Shown here piece by piece: positions 48,496 through 56,408 of a DNA stretch of 64,000 nt. The notes beneath the pieces are model-generated. The model was given only the letters and a program-made list of their open reading frames with translations, made no database searches and was not told the origin of the DNA. Every line of letters starts with the position of its first letter. Within the stretch, counting starts at the first letter, position 1. Origin of the DNA: Candidatus Falkowbacteria bacterium GW2011_GWF2_43_32 (lineage in GTDB: Bacteria; Patescibacteriota; Patescibacteriia; Patescibacteriales; UBA12465); assembly GCA_000999715.1 (NCBI GenBank), contig LCGL01000001.1, positions 195,139-259,138 on the forward strand, given 5' to 3'. The position numbers were made by a program, and so were the translations under genes.

Positions 48496-49983
48496 TTAGT
48501 CTTTAAACGCTTTTTTGTATAATTCCAAATATTTCTTGGCGGGAATTTCCCAGCTATTGGACTGCTTCATCGCCCTTTTAACCAAATTATTCCAAGTTTT
48601 TTTGTGTTTATAATTCTCCAAAGCGCGAATCACCGCGGCATAAAACATGGCTTCGTCTTCGGTTTCAAAAGTAAAGCCGGTGCCCCGCTTGGTCGTCGGA
48701 TTGAAATTCTCCACCGTATCGTACAAACCGCCGATTTCCCGCACAATCGGAATACAACCGTAGCGCATGGCAATCAATTGATTCAAGCCGCAAGGTTCGT
48801 GCACCGAAGGCAAAAGAAAAAAATCCGCACCGGCATAAACGTTGGTTTCATATTTTTGATTGGCTTCGTGCGAAGGAATAACGGCAATCTTATCGGGATA
48901 ACGACGAGCGATTTTCTGCAATTCGTTCAAATACTTTTTATCGCCGGAACCGATGATGATAAATTGGGCGTCCAATTTCACCAATTGAGGAAAAAGATTG
49001 ATGATAAATTCAAAACCTTTTTGAAAGGTGACTCGCGAAGTCGTGCACAGAACGGGCACGTCTTTATTCACCGGTAAAGAAAATTTCTTTTGCAACCAAG
49101 CTTTATTGTCGGCCTTGAGCTTCGGTTCCGCCGGCGAATAACGTCGCGCCAAACTCTTGTCTTCGGCCGGATTGTAAGTATTGTAATCAATGCCGTTAAT
49201 GATGCCGAACAAACGATCAGAGCGGTTTTTCAGAATCCGCTGCAAATCTTGCCCGAATTTTTTAGTCATAATCTCTTCACGATATTGTTCGCTGACGGTA
49301 TTGATGATGTCCGCCGATAAAATCGCGCGCTTCACGAAATTGATATTCTCCAAGGCCGGATCGGCCAACCGCGGCAATTTGGTCCGACCGTAATCTTTAT
49401 CGGCCAAGGACACTTCCCACCAATTTCTGCCGAATTGAAAGATGAGATTATGAATGGTAAAGATCGACTTGGCTTGTTTCAAAGTTTTGGAATAGCGAAA
49501 ATCGGTTTTTAGATAATAAGGAATGAGCCCGGTTTGCCAATCGTGACAATGAATGATAGAGGCCGGATATTTTAACAAAGAAAGCAATTTCAAGGCCGCC
49601 ACGCTAAAAACCAAAAACCGGGCATTTTCATGACTGGAACCATAGAGATATTTATGTTTGGAAAAGAATTTCTTGCACTCCACAAAGTAAACCGGCAAAT
49701 CCTCCATCAAGTAGCCGCGCCAATAATTAACTTTGATGCTTTCCTGACTATTCAGACGCACGACGACATCGCTAAAAATAATTTTCAAACGGTGTTTCTT
49801 CTTATCGATCAATCGGCCGTAAAGAGGCGTAATGATCATTACTTCCTGATTAAGTCTCCTCAGAGCCTTGGGCAAAGAGCGACTGACGTCTCCCAGGCCG
49901 CCGGTTTTGGAAAATGGCGCCACTTCGGAAGAAATATGAACAATTTTCAATTTTTTGGGCATAAGCGTAAATTTGAAGCGCAA
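48496..49983 (-). CDS. glgA: Glycogen/starch synthase (GT5)
   Basis: Contains KIVHISSEVAPFSKTGGLGDV. The likely true start is the Met at 49962 (MPKKLKIVHI). Confidence 0.9.
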   Translation of the reverse strand: MRFKFTLMPKKLKIVHISSEVAPFSKTGGLGDVSRSLPKALRRLNQEVMIITPLYGRLIDKKKHRLKIIFSDVVVRLNSQESIKVNYWRGYLMEDLPVYFVECKKFFSKHKYLYGSSHENARFLVFSVAALKLLSLLKYPASIIHCHDWQTGLIPYYLKTDFRYSKTLKQAKSIFTIHNLIFQFGRNWWEVSLADKDYGRTKLPRLADPALENINFVKRAILSADIINTVSEQYREEIMTKKFGQDLQRILKNRSDRLFGIINGIDYNTYNPAEDKSLARRYSPAEPKLKADNKAWLQKKFSLPVNKDVPVLCTTSRVTFQKGFEFIINLFPQLVKLDAQFIIIGSGDKKYLNELQKIARRYPDKIAVIPSHEANQKYETNVYAGADFFLLPSVHEPCGLNQLIAMRYGCIPIVREIGGLYDTVENFNPTTKRGTGFTFETEDEAMFYAAVIRALENYKHKKTWNNLVKRAMKQSNSWEIPAKKYLELYKKAFKD

Positions 49984-50435
49984 ACGGCAACCGCCAAGGC
50001 GTCGGCGGCATCGTCAGGCTCGGGCAATTCTTTTAAACCAAGAATTATCTTGACCATCTTTTGCACTTGTTTTTTGTTCGCCTGGCCGTAAGCCGTCACC
50101 GCTTGTTTGACTTGCGAGGGCGTACAATCGATAAGCGGCAATTTGTTTTGACTGACGGTCAAGAGAACCACACCGCGCGCTTGGCCGACAATCAAAGCAG
50201 TCCGAACATTTTTATTGAAAAATAATTGTTCGATAGCCACCAATTCGGGTCGATATTTTTTAATTATTTTATCCAGCTCCCGATGCAAAATTTCCAACCG
50301 GGCGATGAGCGGCGTCCCGACTCGAGTTTTAATCGAACCGTAAGTTAAACAAGTCAATTTACCGCTCTCGACTTTGATGACGCCATAACCGGTATCGGCA
50401 ATGCCGGGGTCAATGCCCAAGATTATTTTAATCAT
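49947..50435 (-). CDS. ruvC: Crossover junction endodeoxyribonuclease RuvC
   Basis: 162 aa. Contains ILGIDPGIADTGYGVI and the C-terminal PDDAADALAVA. Confidence 0.93.
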   Translation of the reverse strand: MIKIILGIDPGIADTGYGVIKVESGKLTCLTYGSIKTRVGTPLIARLEILHRELDKIIKKYRPELVAIEQLFFNKNVRTALIVGQARGVVLLTVSQNKLPLIDCTPSQVKQAVTAYGQANKKQVQKMVKIILGLKELPEPDDAADALAVAVCASNLRLCPKN

Positions 50436-50464
50436 AAATTATTGACCGATTTAAGCGACCGCCA

Positions 50465-51184
50465 TCACGCCAAATTGGTATAATAATCGCTGGCGTCTTC
50501 GTTGTTTTCCAATTCTTCAAAAAATTTATCCATTTTTTGTTGTTCCTCCGCACCGAGAGTCATTTTTTCTTTGGCGACATATTCTATTTCCGCCGCCTCC
50601 GGTTTCAATCCCTTCCCTTCCAAAAATTCCCGGATTTTCGGAAAATCCTTAACCTCCGTATAAACGGTAATACCCTCCGGCTCTTTTTCAAAATCCAAGA
50701 TTCCTTGATCGATGAGCTCCAACTCCAACTCTTCATTATGCAATTTATTGGCTTTGATTTGTTCGCCAGCAATCCGAATCACTCCCATTTGAGAAAAATT
50801 CCAAGCGATAGAACTGAAGGCGCCGCCGTTTTTGGCAAAAAGATGACGAATAGTGGCGCCGCTGCGATTTTTATTGTCGGTCACGCATTTGATCATCACT
50901 TGAACGCCGGGCGGAATAATTCCTTCATAATATAATTCTTCAACTTGATCGCCGGCCAATTCGCCCGTGCCTTTTTTAATTGCCCGATCAATATTGTCTT
51001 TGGGCATGCTCGCATCGCGCGCTCGGTCAACGGCCGCGCGCAAAGACGGGTTAGCGGCGGGATCACCGCCCTTTTTGGCGGCAATAGTAATAATATTGGC
51101 CAACTTGGTAAAAATTGCCCCGCGCTTGGCGTCAACTAATTCTTTCTGGCGATGAGTGGTCGCCCACTTGGAATGTCCCGACAT
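50465..51184 (-). CDS. yebC: YebC/PmpR-family DNA-binding regulator
   Basis: Contains MSGHSKWATTHRQK...PKDNIDRAIKKG. The start was trimmed from the track's 51223 to the canonical Met. Confidence 0.9.
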   Translation of the reverse strand: MSGHSKWATTHRQKELVDAKRGAIFTKLANIITIAAKKGGDPAANPSLRAAVDRARDASMPKDNIDRAIKKGTGELAGDQVEELYYEGIIPPGVQVMIKCVTDNKNRSGATIRHLFAKNGGAFSSIAWNFSQMGVIRIAGEQIKANKLHNEELELELIDQGILDFEKEPEGITVYTEVKDFPKIREFLEGKGLKPEAAEIEYVAKEKMTLGAEEQQKMDKFFEELENNEDASDYYTNLA

Positions 51185-51320
51185 AATAATTTTGGCGCCT
51201 CGCTTAAAACCAGGCGCCGACAACGATTAATTTCAATGATTATTATTTTCATCCTACCGCAAATTGAAATAAAAATCAAGATGAATTATAATGAAAACAT
51301 AAACAAAATAAAGAAAAATT

Positions 51321-52229
51321 ATGACAGCCAACAATCTGCCCAACCTTAATGACAGCGTCCGCGAGGCTTTGGATTTTTTTCGCCGAAATCGGCCACCGCA
51401 TTGGCAATCACGCTCCGGTCTGCGTTTTGTGGTCGGAAGCGTTAACGCTTATCACACCGGTAAAATGCTTTTCAGCGATCAGGCGGCCATCTTTGCGGAT
51501 GAAAGCGATTTTTCAACGGTCTTAAAAACTTATCGTCCCCTGATAAAAAATAAAACCATCAAAGAAGCGGTCGTCATTTCCGCTTCGGGAGAAAAAGATT
51601 CTGTTTGGGAAGTCAAAGCGGCTCAAGCGGCCGGATTAAAAACCCGACTGCTGACTTGCAACGCCGACTCAAGCGCCGCAAAATTGGCGGATGACTGCGT
51701 GGTCTTCAACAAAATTCCGGAGCCGTATTCTTATAATTTTTCTACTTATCTGGGCATGCTGTTGTCGGTAACCGGCGAAAGCGCGACCACCATCAAAAAA
51801 TTTCTGTCCGCGGTAAAACCGCCACTGGCTTTTAAAAAATCATCCTTCTTTTCTTTCGTTCTGCCCGACAGATTCCGTCCGATCGCGGATATGATTATGG
51901 TTAAAGACGACGAATTGTTCGGCCCTTACTCCAGTCTACGCGCTTACAGCGAAGGTCAAGCGCGACACGCCAAATTTATCGCCCGTTCGTCCCGCGAATT
52001 GATTATCAGTTTTGACACCACGGTTTACTTCGGCGACGCCAAGCAACGCTGGAACATCAAATTGCCTAAAAATGCCGACTTCGGCCTGATCTTGGCCCTC
52101 AGCTATCACCTCGTCGGACTGATTCAAAAACAAAAGCCGCCGTATTTCAAAAAAGGCCTGGCTCGTTTCTGTCGCCTGGCGCCGCTGGCTTACGGAAAAA
52201 AAGAACCTTGGGCAATGATCGTCAAATAA
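51321..52229 (+). CDS. Hypothetical protein with a SIS-like (phosphosugar-binding) pattern
   Basis: 302 aa. VVGSVNAYHTGKMLF ... AVVISASGEKDSVWEVKAAQAAGLKTRLLTCN resembles a SIS fold. Unverified. Confidence 0.55.
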   Translation: MTANNLPNLNDSVREALDFFRRNRPPHWQSRSGLRFVVGSVNAYHTGKMLFSDQAAIFADESDFSTVLKTYRPLIKNKTIKEAVVISASGEKDSVWEVKAAQAAGLKTRLLTCNADSSAAKLADDCVVFNKIPEPYSYNFSTYLGMLLSVTGESATTIKKFLSAVKPPLAFKKSSFFSFVLPDRFRPIADMIMVKDDELFGPYSSLRAYSEGQARHAKFIARSSRELIISFDTTVYFGDAKQRWNIKLPKNADFGLILALSYHLVGLIQKQKPPYFKKGLARFCRLAPLAYGKKEPWAMIVK

Positions 52230-52271
52230 ATCCGGTCGCTATCAATAATCCGATAATCGATAATTCCGTTT

Positions 52272-52302
52272 AAAAACTCCGGCGTCAATCCGGAGTTTTT
52301 TT
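52272..52302. terminator. Bidirectional intrinsic terminator between convergent genes
   Basis: 8-bp stem AACTCCGG / CCGGAGTT (52275..52282 and 52290..52297) with a 7-nt loop, flanked by an A-run and a T-run. Confidence 0.6.
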
Positions 52303-53041
52303 ATTTGGTCACTTTAATTTGATTCTTGATTTTTTCCACCGCTTGCGACAGTTCTTTTTTGGTGGCCAAATACCGATATTTTTTCGGACGCAATTTGTCG
52401 TCCAGTTCATAAACCAAGGGCAGGCCGGTCGGCACGTTCAAGGTCATGATTTTTTTATCCGAAATATTACTCAAAGATTTTATCAATCCCCGAATGCTGT
52501 TGCCGGAAGCGGAAATTAAAATTTTCTTTTTTTGTCGGAGAGCCGGGACGATTTTTTCTTTCCAGAAAACGGCGACCCGTTTCTCCACGTCGCACAAACT
52601 TTCGGTTAACGGCGCCGGAATATTCCGATATAAAATATTATCACTCTGATCGTAACGACTGCCCCGCTTGATTTTCGGCGGACGAACTTTATAGGAACGC
52701 CGCCAAATAAAAACTTGCTCTTCGCCGTATTTCTTGACCATTTCTTTTTTGTTCATCCCTTGCAAAGCGCCGTAATGTCTTTCGTTCAAACGCCAATCCT
52801 TTCTGACCAGGGGGCGCTTCCCTCCCAATTCTTCCAGCGCCAACCCGGTGGTGTCCGTACAGCGTTGATGAAAATTTTCAAAAACCAAATCAAATTTAAA
52901 ACCGGCGGCCCGCAATTTTCGACCGGCGGCCCGAGCTTCCCGACGACCGCGAGCCGTCAAATCCACGTCCGTCCAACCGGTAAACAAACCCTTTTTATTC
53001 CAAGTGCTCTCACCGTGACGCAAAAAAACTATTTTATACAT
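52301..53041 (-). CDS. gpmA: 2,3-bisphosphoglycerate-dependent phosphoglycerate mutase
   Basis: 246 aa. Contains FLRHGESTWNKKGLFTGWTDVDL and RHYGALQG. Confidence 0.93.
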   Translation of the reverse strand: MYKIVFLRHGESTWNKKGLFTGWTDVDLTARGRREARAAGRKLRAAGFKFDLVFENFHQRCTDTTGLALEELGGKRPLVRKDWRLNERHYGALQGMNKKEMVKKYGEEQVFIWRRSYKVRPPKIKRGSRYDQSDNILYRNIPAPLTESLCDVEKRVAVFWKEKIVPALRQKKKILISASGNSIRGLIKSLSNISDKKIMTLNVPTGLPLVYELDDKLRPKKYRYLATKKELSQAVEKIKNQIKVTK

Positions 53042-53220
53042 AATATATTAACCTAAAGATCGCCAGCTTGAGTTATTTTTTTATTATACCACAAATTGAC
53101 GATAAAAGTTTAAAAATGATAGTATAGATATGAACCTTAAACCAAGGGTCTTTTCATTTAAGCAACAATATCAGACGGATAATTAAGCGACAACTCAAGA
53201 AAATCGGAGTAGAAAGCGGC

Positions 53221-54534
53221 TTGCTGGGCGTTAAATCCCTGCGTTTATCGGGTCGTTTGCTTCTTAAGATTTCCCAAATCGGCGGCGGCTTTTTTCGTTT
53301 TCTTTTTAAAGGCATTCTTTATAGAATATTAGCGGAATTTTACTATGCTTTCTTTCGCTTTAAAAAAACTCCTCTGGCGGGCAAAACCCTGAATGAACTG
53401 TTTCACCATAAATCCGTCTATCTCTTTATTTTTACTTTGATCGCTCTATTAACCTTTTCCAATCTTATCCACCAAGATCGGGCCAATGCCTTGGAAACCA
53501 AAATTTCCAAAACTGTCATGGCCAAATTGGTAACTACGGACTTCAGCGCCTCGCCCGACGAAGAGTTGATTGAAGAGGTCGCCAGTCCTAACAGTTTCCT
53601 GATTGCCAATCAAGAGAAATATCTTGACCCTTCTTACACTTTAGACAAGCAAAGCGGCACAGTCATTTCCAACGAAACCAATGTCAACAATTTTCTGTCA
53701 TTCAGCAACGAAAAAGATTCGTTGTTCAAACCGCGAACTATCAGCGGCGTCGGCGACTTTATTCCGCAACGCGCGGAAATAGTTTATTACACCGTTCAAA
53801 ACGGAGATACGGTCAGCAGTATCGCCCGTCGTTTCGGTTTGACCGTCAACACCATCCTCTGGGCCAATAATTTAACCGCCTATAGTTTAATCCGTCCCGG
53901 CGACAGTTTGGTGATTTTGCCATATAGCGGTATATTATATACAGTGAAATCCGGCGATACCGTCAGCAAGATCGCTCGCTATTACGGTTTGGAAATTGAT
54001 AAAATTCTCAGCAGTAACAACCTGGGCGCCGATTTGAAAATAGGACAAAAAATTATTTTACCGGGAGCGAAAAAAATCACGCAATCGGCGGCCGTCACTC
54101 AATCGAACAATTATACCGGTTTAACGGCCATCCGCGACCTGATTAAAGCTCCGGCCGCCAAAACAAGCGGCAGTACGATGGCTTGGCCGACCAAGGGCAA
54201 CCGTATTACGCAGTATTTTTCCTGGCGTCACGCCGGTTTGGATATTGCCAATAAAATCGGCACGCCCTTGTACGCCGCCGATGATGGCGTCGTGATAACC
54301 GCGCAAGGCGGTTGGAACGGCGGATACGGCAACACTATTGTCATTGATCACGGCGGCGGCATCAAAACCCGCTACGGCCACGCTTCCAAGCTTTTTGTGA
54401 AAGTGGGCGATACGGTTCAAAAAGGCGAAAATATCGCCGCCATGGGATCGACCGGTCGCTCTACCGGCTCGCACTTGCACTTTGAAGTTTTGATTAATGG
54501 CGTCAGATACAATCCTCTTAATTATATAAGATAA
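53221..54534 (+). CDS. LysM-domain M23 metallopeptidase (peptidoglycan hydrolase)
   Basis: 437 aa with a TTG start per the track. Contains an N-terminal TM helix, two LysM repeats (YTVQNGDTVSSIARRFG and YTVKSGDTVSKIARYYG), and the M23 core HAGLDI...GNTIVIDHGGGIKTRYGH...GSTGRSTGSHLHFEV. Confidence 0.88.
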   Translation: MLGVKSLRLSGRLLLKISQIGGGFFRFLFKGILYRILAEFYYAFFRFKKTPLAGKTLNELFHHKSVYLFIFTLIALLTFSNLIHQDRANALETKISKTVMAKLVTTDFSASPDEELIEEVASPNSFLIANQEKYLDPSYTLDKQSGTVISNETNVNNFLSFSNEKDSLFKPRTISGVGDFIPQRAEIVYYTVQNGDTVSSIARRFGLTVNTILWANNLTAYSLIRPGDSLVILPYSGILYTVKSGDTVSKIARYYGLEIDKILSSNNLGADLKIGQKIILPGAKKITQSAAVTQSNNYTGLTAIRDLIKAPAAKTSGSTMAWPTKGNRITQYFSWRHAGLDIANKIGTPLYAADDGVVITAQGGWNGGYGNTIVIDHGGGIKTRYGHASKLFVKVGDTVQKGENIAAMGSTGRSTGSHLHFEVLINGVRYNPLNYIR

Positions 54535-54539
54535 ATATT

Positions 54540-54788
54540 ATGCCTTTTTTTCTCGGCTTATTGATTATCTTGGCCGGTCTCGGCTTGACCGTGAAGACCG
54601 AATGGTTTATAAATAACTTTGGAAGAATCGCCTGGTTTGAACAGAAACTAGGCAGTGAGGGCGGCTCTCGGCTCGGTTATAAACTGGTCGGTCTGACGGC
54701 CATTATCATCGGCATCATTGTCATGACCGGCGGAGGACAAGACCTTTTGGGCTGGATAACCAGTCCGTTCGTAAAATATAATCAATAG
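54540..54788 (+). CDS. Small two-helix membrane protein (hypothetical)
   Basis: 82 aa. It starts 6 nt after the M23 stop. Hydrophobic helices are FFLGLLIILAGLGLTV and LVGLTAIIIGIIVMTGG. Confidence 0.5.
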   Translation: MPFFLGLLIILAGLGLTVKTEWFINNFGRIAWFEQKLGSEGGSRLGYKLVGLTAIIIGIIVMTGGGQDLLGWITSPFVKYNQ

Positions 54789-54799
54789 CCAAAATAAAT

Positions 54800-54873
54800 G
54801 GGCCCTTAGCTCAGCTGGCTAGAGCACCTGCTTTGCAAGCAGGGGGTCATCGGTTCGAATCCGATAGGGTCCA
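54800..54873 (+). tRNA. tRNA-Ala (anticodon UGC); CCA is not encoded
   Basis: Hand-folded cloverleaf. Acceptor stem is GGGCCCT / AGGGTCC with the G3:U70 alanine identity pair. Anticodon stem is CCTGC / GCAGG with loop TTTGCAA. T-arm is ATCGG-TTCGAAT-CCGAT. The discriminator is A. Confidence 0.95.
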
Positions 54874-54885
54874 CAAACAAAGAAA

Positions 54886-54913
54886 ATTCCTAACGTATGT
54901 TAGGAATTTTTTT
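54886..54913 (+). terminator. Intrinsic terminator after tRNA-Ala
   Basis: 9-bp stem ATTCCTAAC / GTTAGGAAT with loop GTAT, followed by a run of 6 T. Confidence 0.7.
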
Positions 54914-54928
54914 GTTTATGATTCGTAG

Positions 54929-55090
54929 CTATCGGATTCGAACAGGCGGCGAGCGAAATAAAGGAGGAACGAAGTGACGACGAATATTTCGCGACGATAA
55001 ACGCGACCCGAGGGAGCGTTTAGCGGGTCCGCCGCGACAACGAGCGATGCGGCTGAGCATCGCGAGGCGGAAATCCGATAGGGTCCACCG
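54929..55090 (+). other. tRNA-Ala 3'-half-like sequence interrupted by a GC-rich, hairpin-dense insert of about 130 nt (element A)
   Basis: ATCGGATTCGAAC (54931..54943) mimics the tRNA T-arm ATCGGTTCGAATC. AATCCGATAGGGTCCAC (55072..55088) is an exact 17-nt copy of tRNA positions 54858..54874. Between them lie four hairpins: GCGAAATA / TATTTCGC, TAAACGC / GCGTTTA, GCGATGC / GCATCGC, and the enclosing CCGCC / GGCGG. Confidence 0.6.
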
Positions 55091-55096
55091 ACTAAT

Positions 55097-55125
55097 AAAA
55101 CTCCATAGAATATGGGGTTTTATTT
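55097..55125. terminator. Intrinsic terminator-like hairpin after element A
   Basis: CTCCATA-GAA-TATGGGG (one G:U pair), with AAAA upstream and TTTTATTT downstream. Confidence 0.5.
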
Positions 55126-55131
55126 ATTATA

Positions 55132-55159
55132 TTGACATTATTATAATTTTTGCTATAAT
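55132..55159 (+). promoter_or_regulatory. Near-perfect sigma70 promoter with an extended -10
   Basis: TTGACA (55132..55137), 16-nt spacer ending in TGC, then TATAAT (55154..55159). The 66-nt AT-only leader carries five TGTA(T/A)A repeats at 55159, 55179, 55189, 55208 and 55218, in phase at about 10 bp. It also carries the palindrome TACAA-TAT-TTGTA. Confidence 0.6.
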
Positions 55160-55225
55160 GTATATATTAATATAAAAATGTATAGATTTGTATAGTTTTA
55201 CAATATTTGTATATATTTGTAATAT

Positions 55226-55972
55226 ATGATAAATAATCAGAATAAATTAATAAAAATTAATGAAGCCGCAAAAATACTTAATATTTCCATACAAACATTA
55301 AGACGTTGGGATGAATCTGGGCGGCTTAAGGCTATCCGGGAAAACCAGAGAGGCCACCGCTATTATAAGTTTTCCGATATTCAACTAATGACGAACAATA
55401 TTTTTTCTTTAGCTGAAGAATGGATTTCAAGACAAACGGCCAGCGAGCCGGATAACCAATTTTTTTGTCTCGACAGCCCGACTTTTCAAGCTAGGCTCAG
55501 CCGCTTAGAAATGGCCATGCAAAAAATTCCTGAACTCAAAAAAGATTTTTCTTTTATCAGTTCAATGGTCGGGGAAATCGGCAATAACTCTTTTGATCAT
55601 AATTTGGGCTCTTGGCCAGATATTAGAGGTATCTTTTTCGCCTACGATTTAAATAAAAAACAAATTGTTTTGGCCGATAGAGGCCAGGGCATTCTAACCA
55701 CCCTTAAAAGAGTCCGGCCGGCCTTGATGAATGATGGCGAGGCCCTGCGCATGGCCTTTACGGAAAAAGTCTCTGGACGAGCTCCGGAGAACCGAGGAAA
55801 TGGCTTAAAATATGTTAAAAAAGTCGTGGTAGATATTAAAAAAGATATATCATTAAAATTATATTTCCAATCGGGCAATGCTTTTACTATTTTAGATGAT
55901 AAAACGATTAATCTAAAGATCGAACAAGCCGCTATACCCTTCCGAGGGTGTTTAGCTTTAATTAATTTTTAA
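55226..55972 (+). CDS. MerR/excisionase-type HTH fused to a minimal GHKL (RsbW/SpoIIAB-like) ATPase/kinase domain
   Basis: 248 aa. The N-terminus IKINEAAKILNISIQTLRRWDESGRLKAIRENQRGHRYY is an HTH. The C-terminus has the N-box GEIGNNSFDHN, the G1 box LADRGQGI and the G2 box NRGNGLKYV. Confidence 0.8.
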   Translation: MINNQNKLIKINEAAKILNISIQTLRRWDESGRLKAIRENQRGHRYYKFSDIQLMTNNIFSLAEEWISRQTASEPDNQFFCLDSPTFQARLSRLEMAMQKIPELKKDFSFISSMVGEIGNNSFDHNLGSWPDIRGIFFAYDLNKKQIVLADRGQGILTTLKRVRPALMNDGEALRMAFTEKVSGRAPENRGNGLKYVKKVVVDIKKDISLKLYFQSGNAFTILDDKTINLKIEQAAIPFRGCLALINF

Positions 55973-55976
55973 TAAT

Positions 55977-56264
55977 ATGCTCATTGAATTAAAAAAATTT
56001 GGCAATTTATTAACTTCTCGACAACTCGGAAAAGAATCTTTAGCCGCTCTGTCTCCTCAACTTCCTAAAGAAAATACTGAAAAAATTATTGTTGATTTTT
56101 CAGAAATTACAACTTTTTCTCCTTCCTGGGGAGACGAATTCCTGTCGCCTCTTCAACAAAAATATCAAAATAATTTATTCTTAAAAAATACTAATAATCC
56201 TTCGGTAAAAGCAACTATCGAAATTCTGGAAGAAACGAACCAAGTAAAATTTCAGGTAGAATAA
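55977..56264 (+). CDS. STAS-like small protein (DUF4325-type)
   Basis: 95 aa, starting 4 nt after the upstream stop. IIVDFSEITTFSPSWGDEFLSPL matches the 'D-F-x-x-V/I ... S-x-x-D-E-F/L' pattern of STAS-like DUF4325 proteins. Unverified. Confidence 0.65.
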   Translation: MLIELKKFGNLLTSRQLGKESLAALSPQLPKENTEKIIVDFSEITTFSPSWGDEFLSPLQQKYQNNLFLKNTNNPSVKATIEILEETNQVKFQVE

Positions 56265-56283
56265 AACTTTGCTCATCCTCCTT

Positions 56284-56332
56284 GCCCAATAATTAATTTC
56301 CCCAATAATTTTGTCTAAAGAGCGGGAAATCC
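56284..56332 (+). repeat. 49-bp direct repeat, copy 1
   Basis: GCCCAATAATTAATTTCCCCAATAATTTTGTCTAAAGAGCGGGAAATCC. It matches 58420..58468 at 48 of 49 positions. Confidence 0.95.
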
Positions 56333-56358
56333 ATTTTTTAATAACCACATAATAAAAT

Positions 56359-56384
56359 AACTCCACCCAAGTGGAGTTATTTTT
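56359..56384. terminator. Bidirectional terminator shared by the convergent island modules
   Basis: 8-bp stem AACTCCAC / GTGGAGTT with loop CCAA, with A/T runs on both sides. Confidence 0.6.
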
Positions 56385-56408
56385 CTATTTATAAATAAAT
56401 TTGAACAA

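Noticed and set aside
54915-55090. The idea that the tRNA-Ala-like structured element is a tmRNA (ssrA). It has an alanine-type acceptor/T-arm 3' end and a GGATTCGAAC string reminiscent of the tmRNA 5' region.
   Set aside because: No 5' strand (GGGCCCT or similar) is available to pair with the acceptor 3' strand. The element is far shorter than a tmRNA. No reading frame ends in a hydrophobic Ala-rich tag. The 3' end reads ACCG rather than ACCA. An Infernal tmRNA model should still be run.
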